From positions 294,460-358,459 of the forward strand of contig NIVC01000301.1 in the NCBI GenBank assembly GCA_002269645.1: a stretch of DNA of 64,000 nt, read 5' to 3'. The stretch is from Macrostomum lignano. Lineage: Eukaryota. This document shows, one piece after another, positions 12,303 through 24,756 of this stretch. A program made the position numbers and the translations under genes. Every line of letters starts with the position of its first letter. The stretch's first letter is position 1. Below the pieces are notes generated by a model. That model was not told where the DNA came from. It saw only the letters and a list, made by a program, of their open reading frames with translations, and made no database searches.

Positions 12303-12398
12303 TTGTTATAGCTCATTTGATTGATTGCTATGCATTACTTTCAGTAGTCTATCGTTAACCGATGTGCTGTTTTTTAGTCCCGTCTGTTTGTCCTGTCA

Positions 12399-12404
12399 AA
12401 TAAA
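12399..12404 (+). promoter_or_regulatory. Probable polyadenylation signal of AFG3L2
   Basis: AATAAA about 97 nt after the stop codon. Confidence 0.5.
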
Positions 12405-12449
12405 GAGCATGCGGCTATATTAAGATTTTTGTTACTTTTCTATTACAAG

Positions 12450-12890
12450 CCAGTGCGCGCTTATTATCAATGCGCTGTTAAAACCAGTGCGCGCTTAGCA
12501 TCAATGCGCTCTTAAAACCAGTGCGCGCTTAGCATCAATGCGCGCTTAAAACCAATGCGCTCTTAGAACCAGTGCGCGCTTAAAACCAATGCGCTCTTAA
12601 AACCGGTGCGCGCTTAAAACTAGTGCGCTCTTAAAACCAGTGCGCGCTTAAAACCAATGCGCTCTTAAAACCGGTGCGCGCTTAAAACCAATGCGCTCTT
12701 AGAACCAGTGCGCGCCTAAAACCAATGCGCGCTTAAAACGAAAGCGCTCTTAGAACCAATGCACACTTAGTACCAATGCGCTCTTAGAACCAATGCATAC
12801 TTAGTACCAATGCGCTCTTAGAACCAATGCGCGCTTAATGCCAGTGCGCGCTTAGTGACAGCTTGCTCCAGTACCAGTGCGCGCTTAGAA
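12450..12890. repeat. ~18-bp CpG-containing minisatellite
   Basis: aaaaccagtgcgcgctt and variants. Confidence 0.85.
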
Positions 12891-13509
12891 AAATGTGCGC
12901 TAGTTTCCGGTGCGCACTTCGTGCCATAGTAGCTAATGAATTTGAGTAGCAGCGTATTCAACTGCTTGTTTATCCCGAACTCTGCACTTCTGTCGCAAGT
13001 AGATGATACTCTTCACTATCACTTCGCTACTGACTGACGGAATTGAGGCTATAACTAATTTAAATGCGTCCTGTTCTGTTAAACGATGATATAATTTTAA
13101 AGCATTCTGTTCTCTGTAAATGCGTTTAGTTTGTCGGTTTTAGTGGCTACTGCAAGTAGCGAGAATAGAGCATTGATTTGTACCGGCAATTCTATCTACT
13201 TTGTCTCTATACAGACTGAAAGAGTGCTGATACAGATTCCTGCTCAGCCTTTGCCAGGGAATGCCTGTCTGTCCGGCAGTTCGGATTTGAAAATGGAAAT
13301 CAATAAATTCTAGCGAACACCGGAACTGTGCCGTGCATTTTGCTGCCTCATCTGCGACAAAAGCTTCCCGTTCTGATGATAAGGCAACAAATTAATTGTC
13401 TGCTGGCTTTTTATGCTTTTTTCATTGTTTTTCTATTGTTAGTCAAATTCAGTTCAATTTCAGCAAGTCTACCTGAGTCTTAGTTTGAATATTAGTGCCC
13501 ACACAAATT

Positions 13510-14800
13510 TGGGGGAGAGGTAGACTGAGTGTTGAGACGAGAGGTAGGCTGAGATTAGGGCAGAAGAGTAGACTTGAGATTTGGGGACAAAGGTAGGCTG
13601 AGATCTGGGGAGAGAGGTTGGCTGAGTATTGAGGAGAAAAAAGGTAGACTGATATTTGAAAAGAGAGAGGTAGGCTGAGATTTTAGGAGAGAGAGAGAGA
13701 GAGAGAGGGGTAAGCTGGATTTTAGGAGAGAGAGAGAGAGAGAGGGGGGTAGGCTGGATTTTAGGAGAGAGGTAAGGCTGAGATTTTAGGAGAGAGGTAG
13801 GCTGAGATTTGAGGAGAGAGGTAAGGCTGAGATTTGAGGAGAGAGAGGTAGGCTAAGATGTGAGGAGAGAGGTAGGCTGAGATTTGAGGAGAGAGGTAGA
13901 CTAAGATTTGGGGAGAGAAGTAGACTAAGATTTGGGGAGGGAGGTAGACTAAGATTTGGGGAGAGAAGTAGACTAAGATTTGGGGAGGGAGGTAGACTAA
14001 GATTTGAGGAGAGAGGTAGACTAAGATTTGGGGAGAGAAGTAGACTAAGATTTGGGGAGGGAGGTAGACTAAGATTTGGGGAGGGAGGTAGACTAAGATT
14101 TGGGGAGAGAAGTAGACTAAGATTTGGGGAGGGAGGTAGACTAAGATTTGGGGAGGGAGGTAGACTAAGATTTGGGGAGGGAGGTAGACTAAGATTTGGG
14201 GAGGGAGGTAGACTAAGATTTGGGGAGAGAAGTAGACTAAGATTTGGGGAGGGAGGTAGACTAAGATTTGGGGAGAGAAGTAGACTAAGATTTGGGGAGG
14301 GAGGTAGACTAAGATTTGAGGAGAGAGGTAGACTAAGATTTGGGGAGAGAAGTAGACTAAGATTTGGGGAGAGAAGTAGACTAAGATTTGGGGAGAGAAG
14401 TAGACTAAGATTTGGGGAGGGAGGTAGACTAAGATTTGAGGAGAGAGGTAGACTAAGATTTGGGGAGGGAGGTAGACTAAGATTTGGGGAGAGAGGTAGA
14501 CTAAGATTTGGGGAGAGAGGTAGACTAAGATTTGGGGAGAGAGGTAGACTAAGATTTGGGGAGGGAGGTAGACTAAGATTTGGGGAGGGAGGTAGACTAA
14601 GATTTGAGGAGAGAGGTAGACTAAGATTTGGGGAGAGAGGTAGACTAAGATTTGAGGAGAGAGGTAGACTAAGATTTGAGGAGAGAGGTAGACTAAGATT
14701 TGAGGAGAGAGGTAGACTAATATTTTGGGAGAGAAGTAGACTAAGATTTGGGGAGAGAGGTAGACTAAGATTTGGGGAGGGAGGTAGACTAAGATTTGGA
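13510..14800. repeat. 24-bp purine-rich minisatellite
   Basis: ggtagactaagatttggggagaga. Confidence 0.95.
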
Positions 14801-15159
14801 TAGGTCGCGGCAGAGAAATCGAAACTAGAGGATTACTAGTACTTGTCATTAATACTGAAACTTGAAACCATCGCTATTCATTACAAGCATTTAGTGCGAA
14901 ATTTGATCCACATGCTGTGTGACATCTGGTGCAGTGGCACTTTTCTGCTCCCTAACTGCGCTTGTTAGGCTGGTGCTGCACTGCGCTTCGCATTTCTTTT
15001 AATTGAATTGCGATTCTCGATTGCTTTTTTATCGTTCTTTATGGTGCGAAGTGTCTGTCTGTAAATATGATAGAATACTTTGCACTGCATCATTTTTTCA
15101 TCTTTTTAAAAATTTTAGCTCGTGTTCGTCTGAAGTGCATTGCTCTCTGACCAACTCCC

Positions 15160-15480
15160 ACTGACCTCCTCTCTGACCTCCTCTCTGGCCTCCTGTCTCT
15201 GATCTCCCCTCTCTGATCTCTCTGACCTCCTCTCTCTGACCTCCCTCTATGACCTCCCCTCTGACCTCCCCTCTCTCTCTCTCTCTCTGATCTCCCCTCT
15301 GACCTCCTTCTCTGGCCTCCCCTCTCTCTGATCTCTCTGACCTCTCTCTCTCTCTCTGATCTCCCCTCTGACCTCCTTCTCTGGCCTCCCCTCTCTCTGA
15401 TCTCTCTGACCTCCTCTCTGATCTCCCCTTATTCGACCTTGACTTGCCCTCTCCGACCTCCCCTCTCTGGCCTTCTCTCT
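15160..15480. repeat. CT-rich degenerate tandem repeat
   Basis: ctctctgacctc / ctctgatctccc modules. Confidence 0.75.
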
Positions 15481-16484
15481 AATCTCCGGGCCTCTCCTGG
15501 CAATGTACTGCCAGTGCAATATCTTGCAATGTGCATCGTGCTTGAATCTGATTAGTTGGGCCGGTCCGTCCTGCGACCTCTCGTCTGAAAGCCCTTTTTC
15601 ACAGCCACCGGGGGCGGCTGGGAGCGCAATGCTTGGCTGCCAACCCCCTCCCCAGTCACACGGGTGAGCCTGAAGTGCAAAACGGTTTGGCAGGTTGGCG
15701 AGAAGGCTTGGCAAAACACTGGGGAGGCAGCCAAGCGAACTTCTTCTTTAGCCTTTGCAGAGTCTCTGGCCGGCGGTCCAAGTGGATTTTTATTGCCCCA
15801 GCCCGCCCGCCTGCCTGCCTGTTCCCGGGAGGCGAGCCCGCGCGGCTGCCTGCCAAACTGAATGGCAGGATTTGAATGCGAGGCTTCTTGGTGTCCGGTT
15901 CTCTTTTTAAGTGGAATCGCTGCGCTTCAAATCCTTGTTTGAGCGTTGCGCTGCGCCGCAGTTTTATTTTGCTATTCCTGTCTTCCTTCCAATGTCTGTC
16001 CGTTTGCACAATTGAGTGTCTGAGATGCTGCTTGTTAGTTGTAGGTTTGGGATGTCTCAGCGCCACCTATAGATCGCGGCACACCCCCCCCCTACAATAA
16101 TTAGCACTCTCGCAAATTCTGGCGCCCCAAGAAAATCCAGCGCTACTTAAAAATCTGGCGCCCCAATAAAATTCTGGCGCCCCCAATGAAATCTGGCGCC
16201 CCCAAATATTCGCGTCAAATCCAGGTTTTCTTAGAACTGGATTAGAAAAATATTTGTTAAAATATAGAATCAGCAGGCCACTGATATAAAATTTTTGCTT
16301 TGATTTATTGAAGAATTTTATATTCAAGACCGCCTCAGCCGGCAACTACCCGCTCCAGACGGGCGCAGAAACCCGACATCAATTTTCCTGGGTGCAGGCG
16401 GACTTTTAACCTGTTTTAGTCTGCTGTGAAGCATGCAGAATCGCTACAAGCTCTTTAACTCGTTTTTTGCCACCGTCTTCCTTC

Positions 16485-17255
16485 TGGCGCCCCTTGCCAT
16501 CCCCAGTTCTGGAGCCCCTTGCCATCCCCAGTTCTGGCGCCCCTTGCCATCCCCAGTTCTGGAGCCCCTTGCCATCCCCAGTTCTGGAGCCCCTTGCCAT
16601 CCCCAGTTCTGGAGCCCCTTGCCATCCCCAGTTCTGGCGCCCCTTGCCATCCCCAGTTCTGGCGCCCCTTGCCATCCCCAGTTCTGGCGCCCCTTGCCAT
16701 CCCCAGTTCTGGCGCCCCTTGCCATCCCCAGTTCTGGCGCCCCTTGCCAGCCCCAGTTCTGGCGCCCCTTGCCAGCCCCAGTTCTGGCGCCCCTTGCCAT
16801 CCCCAGTTCTGGCGCCCCTTGCCAGCCCCAGTTCTGGCGCCCCTTGCCATCCCCAGTTCTGGCGCCCCTTGCCAGCCCCAGTTCTGGCGCCCCTTGCCAT
16901 CCCCAGTTCTGGCGCCCCTTGCCAGCCCCAGTTCTGGCGCCCTTGCCATCCCCAGTTCTGGTGCCCCTTGCCATCCCCAGTTCTGGCGCCCCTTGCCATC
17001 CCCAGTTCTGGCGCCCCTTGCCATCCCCAGTTCTGGCGCCCCTTGCCATCCCCAGTTCTGGCGCCCCTTGCCATCCCCAGTTCTGGCGCCCCTTGCCATC
17101 CCCAGTTCTGGCGCCCCTTGCCATCCCCAGTTCTGACGCCCCTTGCCAGCCCCAGTTCTGGCGCCCCTTGCCATCCCTAGTTCTGGCGCCCCTTGCCATC
17201 CCCAGTTCTGGCGCCCCTTGCCATCCCCAGTTCTGGCGCCCCTTGCCATCCCCAG
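16485..17255. repeat. 25-bp GGCGCCCC-core minisatellite
   Basis: ggcgccccttgccatccccagttct, about 30 copies. Confidence 0.95.
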
Positions 17256-17779
17256 GAGCAGCGACACAAGCAATGCTTGAGTCAACAGAAAAATGACGCG
17301 GCAAAAACCGTCTCCAATTTCATGGCGCCATCAGTGAAGGCCGGGCGACCTCTCCTGTTTTTGTTGCCAGCCACCTCCAGCTTGGCAACAATCGCAAAAT
17401 ACTGAATTATCTTGGCCGGAGGGGGGGGGGGGTTGGGCGCGACCTCGCCGGCTGAACCAGAAACGAAATGTTCCAAAGAAAATAATCGCTCGCAAATGTC
17501 TGCGCAGCTCGCGGCATTGGGTTCGAATTTTGGCCAGCCTGCCGGGTGTTCCCGGGACTGAGGCGGCTCTGTTTGCTTTTTCTGTTCTACCGACAGAAGC
17601 GCCTTGGTTGCCGCAGCTGTTCTGGGCGAGCGCCGCACCGGCACGCATCTGAAGCAAGCGGCTCCTCCCTGCTTCTGCATGATTAATGCTCCCCACTTTG
17701 ATAGTGGGGGTCCCACGGCAGCTCCCAGCCCGCCTGTCCTTTCTACTTGTCCTTGAATCCGCCTCTCCTTTCTACTCGT

Positions 17780-18665
17780 CTTCCCTCAGGCATTGGATCC
17801 GTCACTCCCTCAGGCATTGGATCCGTCACTCCCTCAGGCGTTGGATCCGTCACTCCCTCAGGCATTGGATCCGTCACTCTCTCGGGCATTGGATCCGTCA
17901 CTCCCTCGGGCATTGGATCCGTCACTCTCTCGGGCATTGGATCCGTCACTCTCTCGGGCATTGGATCCGTCACTCCCTCGGGCATTGGATCCGTCACTCC
18001 CTCGGGCATTGGATCCGTCACTCTCTCGGGCATTGGATCCGTCACTCCCTCAGGCATTCGATTCGTCACTCCCTCAGGCATTCGATCCGTCGCTCCCTTT
18101 TAGTCATTGGATCCGTCACTCCTTCAGACATTGATTACGTCACTCCCTCAGGCATTGGATTCGTCACTCCCTCAGGCATTGGATCCGTCACTCCCTCGGG
18201 CATTGGATCCGTCACTCTCTCGGGCATTGGATCTGTCACTCTCTCGGGCATTGGATCCGTCACTCTCTCGGGCATTGGATCTGTCACTCTCTCGGGCATT
18301 GGATCCGTCACTCTCTCGGGCATTGGATCCGTCACTCCCTCGGGCATTCGATTCGTCACTCCCTCAGGCATTCGATCCGTCGCTCCCTTTTAGTCATTGG
18401 ATCCGTCACTCCTTCAGACATTGATTACGTCACTCCCTCAGGCATTGGATTCGTCACTCCCTCAGGCATTGGATCCGTCACTCCCTCGGGCATTGGATCC
18501 GTCACTCTCTCGGGCATTGGATCTGTCACTCTCTCGGGCATTGGATCCGTCACTCTCTCGGGCATTGGATCTGTCACTCTCTCGGGCATTGGATCCGTCA
18601 CTCCCTCTGGCATTGGATCCGTCACTCCTTCAGACATTGAATCCTTCACTCCGTCAGGCATTGGA
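17780..18665. repeat. 24-bp minisatellite with a 290-bp higher-order duplication
   Basis: ggcattggatccgtcactccctcg. The same rare variant block (ttttagtcattgg...attgattacg) occurs at 18101 and 18391. Confidence 0.95.
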
Positions 18666-19279
18666 GCTATGAATCAGTGCAGTGAGCTGAGATTAATTAC
18701 TTGACAAAGGACCGCCAAAGTCTCAGCTAACTATGTCCTTTTAGCCTGAAATTGGCGGCCGATAGCGCACTGATTGGGTTTCCGGCCGCTCTGATCAGAC
18801 CAGTCTGGGGTCCTTGAGCAGCTCGAGAGCCCTTTATCTCCTATGCTGTTTGACCTCGCGGCTCGATTTCCGCATCAAACCCAGCAGCCTGGCATTCTGA
18901 GCAGGTGGACTCGAAGCGACTCAATTTGAATATTCGGCACTCGATTTGCATGCTTGAGCTGGAAAATGAAAAATTCGATTCGACAATTTAGTCTCAAGTA
19001 GCAGAGGCTGCGGCAGACTCAATTATTATTCACCAAGTATTTTATTGAGTTGTTCACCAAAAAGCTGTACCGTAAATCAATAAAGTGCGCACAGCTGGAC
19101 TGAACTTTTAGTAATTGGTTATGAAAATCGGTGAAGAATTGCAATCTCTAGAGCGTTATGGACAAGCATACAAACCTTAGAGATTTAGTATATTTGGATT
19201 AGAATTTATAGCTATTGAGATCGACACGCCAGCATTTACCCCTTAGGAGCCAAAAAATTAAAATATGTTTTGGCTTCTG

Positions 19280-20310
19280 GAGTTATGATATTTCGGGTTT
19301 GTGATATTCCAGGTTTGTGATATTCCGGGTTCGTGATATTCCGGGTTTGGGATATTCCGGGTTTGTGATATTCCGGGTTCGTGATATTCCGGGTTTGTGA
19401 TATTCCGGGTTTGTGATATTCTGGGTTTGAGATATTCCGGGTTTGTGATATTTCGGGTTTGGGATATTCCAGGTTTGTGATATTCCGGGTTTGTGATATT
19501 CTGGGTTTGAGATATTTCGGGTTTGTGATATTTCGGGTTTGGGATATTTATTTCTGGTTTGTGATATTTCGGGTTTGTGATATTTATTTCTGGTTTGTGA
19601 TATTTCGGGTTTGTGATATTCCGGGTTTGTGGTATTCCGGGTTTGTGATATTTCGGGTGTGATATTCCAGGTTTGTGATATTTCGGGTTTGTGATATTCC
19701 GGGTTTGTGGTATTCCGGGTTTGTGATATTTATTTCTGGTTAGTGATATTTCGTGTTTGTGATATTTATTTCTGGTTAGTGATATTTCGGGTTTGTGATA
19801 TTTCGGGTTTGTGATATTCCGGATCTGTGATATTCCAAGTTTGTGATATTTCAGGTTTGTGATATTCCAGGTTTGTTATATTCCGGGTTTGTGATATTTT
19901 GGGTTTGTGATATTCCAGGTTTGTGCTATTCCAGGTTTGTGATATTCCGGGTGTGTGATATTCGGGTTTGTGATATTCCGGGTTTGTGATATTCCGGGTT
20001 TGAGATATTTCGGGTTTGTGATATTCTGGGTTTGTGCTATTCCAGGTGTGTGATATTCGGGTTTGTGATATTCCGGGTTGTATATTCCGGGTTGTATATT
20101 CCGGGTTTGTGACATTCTGGGTTTGAGATATTCCAGGTTTGTTGTATTCCGGGTTTGTGATATTCTGGGTTTGAGATATTTCGGGTTTGAGATATTTCGG
20201 GTTTGTGATATTTATTTCGCGTTTGTGATATTCCGGGTTTGTGATATTCCAGGTTTGTGATATTCCAGGTTTGTTATATTTCGGGTGTGTGATATTCCGG
20301 GTTCGTGATG
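19280..20310. repeat. 16-bp minisatellite
   Basis: gtgatattccgggttt. Confidence 0.95.
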
Positions 20311-20462
20311 GCGACCCACGCAATGGCACAGAGTTTTGAGTTTGCCTTGGTTATTCACTTGGACGTCGGTGAGGCGGCCATTCGAGGATGCGGAACGGGA
20401 ATAGACAATTGATTCGATTCCCCACCAGGCCATCGATCACCACCAGGGAATTAATTGGCCCT

Positions 20463-23400
20463 CTACCTGCTGGCCCACCCGGAAATCACAGTAAGCAGCA
20501 GACAGCAGGTCAGCGCTGGCGCCCCCATCCGCCCGACGCCCCCAGTCGCCGCGGGAGTCGGCGGCAGGCGCGGGTTCCAGGGCCAGCTGCACACGAGCGA
20601 GATCTGCAGGCTGCTGGTGAACTTGGCGACTTCGCCATGGGCGCGGCACAGCTCCACTGGCGCCGGCGCGTCCAGCCACTGCAGCTGCGGCGCCGCGGCC
20701 AGTGCCAACTGCGCCAAGCCGGACGGGACGGCGGCGGCCGCCTCGGCTGCCAGGGAGACGCAGCCGGACAGGGAGAGGCGGCGCAGGCGCGGGAAGGCGG
20801 CTAGCAGGCGGGCCAGCTCGGGCAGCCGCAGCTCCGCCCGAGTGTCGCAGGGCCGCCTCGCCAGTCGCAGCGCCAGCGACTTGGTCGAGTTCACCGGCTG
20901 GCGCGGCAAGAAGCGCAGCAGCGTGTCGCCCGGCGCCTCCCAGCGCGGCATGAGCAGCTCGATCTGCAGCTCCGGCTGCATCGCATCGAACGCGTCCTCC
21001 TCCCTGCCGGAGCTTCCTGCCTCCGCCCCGCCGTCCCTCGTCAGCTCCGCCAGCTGGTCGGCCCCGAAACTTTTGCCGCCGTCATTCGCCAGCAGATCGA
21101 CGCCGTCCAGGATGACGTGGCACAGCTTGCCGGACAGGCGGGCGAAGGCGCCGGGCTCCAGCAGCATGTGGCCGCCCTGGTGGGTGATGACGCGGAGCAC
21201 CAGGGAGCGCAGGGAGGGCAGGTCGGCCAACGAGCCGTTTCTCAGGCGAAGCGTCCGCCAAGGACTGCCGACAAGGACCACCAGGGAGCGCAGAGCCGGC
21301 AGGCTGGCCACTGAGCCGGTCGGGATCGTCCAGGTCGGGCGATCGCGCCGCATTAGCGCCAATTCCAGATGGCGCAGGCGGTTGGCGCCGGCCAGGTCGC
21401 GCGGCCCGGGCGGCATCGGCAGCAGCAGACGCTCCAGGCCGCGCAGCACCGGCTTGAGCGCGAGGGCGTGCAGCCCCTTCAGGCGCATGCAGTTGAACCG
21501 CAGATCCAAGGAGCGCAGGCTAGCGAGGCCGGCAAAGGCGTTCGGGTCGAGCCGGGTGATCGGGTGGTGGCGCAGCGCCAGGCGCTCCAGCCCGACCGCG
21601 CCGTCCAGCGCGCCGGCCTCGATGGCGGAGAGGCCGTGCGGGCAGCCGAACTGGCGACTGCCCAGCAGCAGGAGGCTGCGCAGGCCCCGCGCCTGGCGCA
21701 GGAAGCCGCCAGCGGTCAGTCGATATTTCCTCGGTGCCGACGCCAGCTCATCTGAATCGGTGGAGTTGCCGCCGCCGCTGCTGTCAGTTTCGTCGCCTTC
21801 CTCGCTGCCACTGTCGCCGGCGCTAAACCGCAGGTCGAGATGCCGCGTCGCGGACGGCAGCGGCGGCTCCTGCAGGTCAAAGCCGGGGCCGGCCACGCAG
21901 GACAGGCTGCTGGCGTCCTGGAAGATGCCGCAGCTGCTGCCGTCGCCGAGACCGTTGATATGGCGGGCGAATTTAACAACTTGCAGCCGGGCGCAGGCCT
22001 CGGCCGCCTCAGTCTCGTTCGCGATTGAGCCGAGCTCGTCCAGATTGGCGCAGGTCACCCTCACGGACGTCGCAGCGGCCGATTTCCCGGTGCCATCGAA
22101 GCAAACGCAGAGCTGCGCCCACAGCGACAGAACCGGCGGCGCTGATGCGATATCTTCGGCACCTTCAGCGGCCGCAGCCGCCGCCAGCACCGAGCGAATG
22201 TCCAGCCGCTCCTCCTGCTGCTCGTCCGGGCCGCTGCAGACGCCGCCCTCGAAGCCGTCGGTATCGTCATCTTGCAGCGGCTGGCGCCCCCAGCCGGGCG
22301 GCGGCTCAACCACCAGCGACTTCAGGCGCCGGCCAGGCCGCCGCGCCATCAGCAGCTGCAGGTTGCGCCAGGGCGGCCGGCAGATGGACAGCCGCACCTC
22401 CGTGGCGTTCTCGGCGAACGCGGCGTCGGGCGGCAGCAGCAGCTGGAAGCGGCCGGAGGCCATCAGCTGCACCCGCTGGCTGGGGCAGCCGGCCGACGGC
22501 AGGCAGCGCAGAAGCTGCGCGTTGGTGCCGGTGAGGTTGAGGCGGAGGCTGCCGCCCGCCTTGCTCAGGGCCCCCTGGACGCCCGTCGTCAGCCGGATGT
22601 CGCTCAGCGCCGACGAGTTGGCCGCGAAGGCTCCCGGAGCGAATAGGGAGCAGTGGCCGTCAGCTGCGGGCAGGCGGCGGGGAGTGGGGGTTGATCAACT
22701 GCAGCTGTGCTCTCTGAGAGCTCTGCTTATCCTATGTTTATTTTGCAAGGTAAGCAAGCCAGCACGCTTAGTTCCATTCTCATCTGATCCCCACCCCAAT
22801 CCCCACCCCAATCCCCTCCCCAATCCCACCCCAATCCCCTCCCCAATCCCACCCCAATCCCTAACCCAATCCCACCCCAATCCCTAACCCAATCCCACCC
22901 CAATCCCTAACCCAATCCCCTCCCCAATCCCTAACCCAATCCCCACCCCAATCCCTAACCCAATCCCCACCCCAATCCCTAACCCAATCCCACCCCAATC
23001 CCTAACCCAATCCCCACCCCAATCCCCACCCCAATCCCTACCCCAATCCCACCCCAATCCCCACCCCAATCCCACCCCAATCCCCACCCCAATCCCACCC
23101 CAATCCCACCCCAATCCCCACCCCAATCCCCACCCCAATCCCACCCCAATCCCCACCCTAAGCCCACCCCAATCCCCACCCCAATCCCCACCCCAATCCC
23201 ACCCCAATCCCCACCCTAAGCCCACCCCAATCCCCACCCCAATCCCCACCCAATCCCCACCCCAATCCCCACCCCAATCCCCACCCGATCCTCTCTTACC
23301 GCCCGCTCCGGTCACCAGGATCTTCAGGTGAATCCTTCGCAGCTCCGGCAAGTCGGAGAAGGCGCCGGCGCCAAGCGCAAAGCCTCTCGCACAGGGCGCC

Positions 23401-24137
23401 GCCAGGATGAGCCGCACGCTGGCGAGCCTCGGGAGGCCGGTGAACCGCAGCCGCTCCTCGAGGTCTCCCTGGCCGCCCCGCTGGTTGAGCTCGGCAAGCT
23501 CCACCGCCAGCGTCAGGTTGGCCAGCCGGGGCGCCGAGCCAGCGATGCTGAGGCTGGCGGCCGGGCAGGCGGCCGACACGCGGAGCCGCAGCGCCTCCAG
23601 GCCGGGCAGCTGCGCCCTCACGAAGGCCGCCAAGCCGGCGCAGTTCCCGTCCGCAGGCTTGTCAACAACGTGCAGGTCGAGACTTCGGAGCGTCGGAGGC
23701 CGGCCGCAGCAGGCGCCGGAGAGGCCGGAGGTGACAGCTGAGAGGCTCAAGGCCTCCAGCGTGCTGTCTGCCAGGCTGCAGGGGCTCAGCGACAAGCCTC
23801 TGGCGCTGTGCAACACCAGGCGGCGCAGCCGCGGCCCGGCATTTGACAGGCGCCGCAGGTCGCCGGACTCGAGCCGGGCCGCCGCTTCCGCCTCCACTCG
23901 CAGGTGCAGGCTGGCGATGCCGGCGGCCCGGTCGGACCCGAGGCTGTGCGCGATCGCTCCAAGGTCGCGGAAGGCTGACGTCAAGTTGATGACGGTCGCC
24001 CGGCAGCTGAGGTCGCCGATGTCGCCGCTAACGACGCAGACAAGGCCGGGCCTGCGGAGCACCTGGCGCTGCTGCGCCCGCACCGGCGTCAGCAGCTGTA
24101 GCAGCGACACCGCAACAATCAGGAGCGTCTTCGACAT
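20463..24137 (-). CDS. Large leucine-rich-repeat cell-surface protein with signal peptide and hydrophobic (GPI-like) C-terminus; exons 24137-23300 and 22663-20463 (~1012 aa; alternative ATG at 24167)
   Basis: Signal peptide MSKTLLIVAVSLLQLLTPVRA. Phase-1 intron GTAAGA...CCCGCAG joins the two long ORFs (3039 nt). Many LxxLxL repeats (LERLALRHHPITRLDPNAFAGLASLRSLDLRFN). Ends ...ATGGVGRMGAPALTCCLLLTVISGWASR*. Confidence 0.8.
22790..23290. repeat. 11-12-bp C-rich repeat in the LRR-gene intron
   Basis: ccccaccccaat. Confidence 0.95.
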
Positions 24138-24756
24138 GCCGGATGCTGACCGAATTGCAACGGGCATCCGGGATGAAGGGCAGAGAGTGGCAGCAGCGGG
24201 CGGCACCGAGGCCAGATAAAGTCCCCTCCGGCCGCAACCTCCCGCCGCATTTCGGCCAGTCAAATCTCTCGCAGCGATTTTCCGCTGGGTCCGGTTTCTC
24301 GCTGCGTCCTACTGACTAGCTGAGTGTCAGTAGTATGTCTAGCCGATGCTTTCGCTTAGTCAGAAATCTGAGAATGTCTTGGCTTTGGCGCAGTCTTAAG
24401 TGATGCAGGGCCCCAGCTGCCATCTAAGAAGATAAGGAGGCAGAAGAGGCCGGGCGAGCCAATTAATCACCGAGGGGGAGGGGTTCGAGTGCCGGCCGGA
24501 TTTGCTCAGCTCGCATCAACAGGCAGCTGCGGCCGCCGCCAGGAATGTTGAGCAGCTCTTAAGTAGTCAGCTGCAGGCGCTCCTTGAGCCTCTTTTCTGC
24601 CGATCTCAGTTAGAAACTGCTGAGCAGATGGCTCAGCTGGGATCCCGAAGGCGGGCCTGCGATGATGAGGGGCCCGCGTGATTGCTTGCTCGTAATTGCT
24701 CTTCTCTGCAGGGGGGTGAGCTTGAGCTGACTGGCTCAGCTGGCTTGAAAGACTTA

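Noticed and set aside
13761-14849. 362-aa (PQILVYLS)n ORF
   Set aside because: Translation of a 24-bp intergenic array with no unique domain or splice context
16406-17304. Overlapping 200-290-aa ORFs on both strands
   Set aside because: The 25-bp repeat is open in most frames; artefact
20455-22887. 810-aa plus-strand ORF
   Set aside because: Antisense shadow of the GC3-rich LRR exon; no domain-like content
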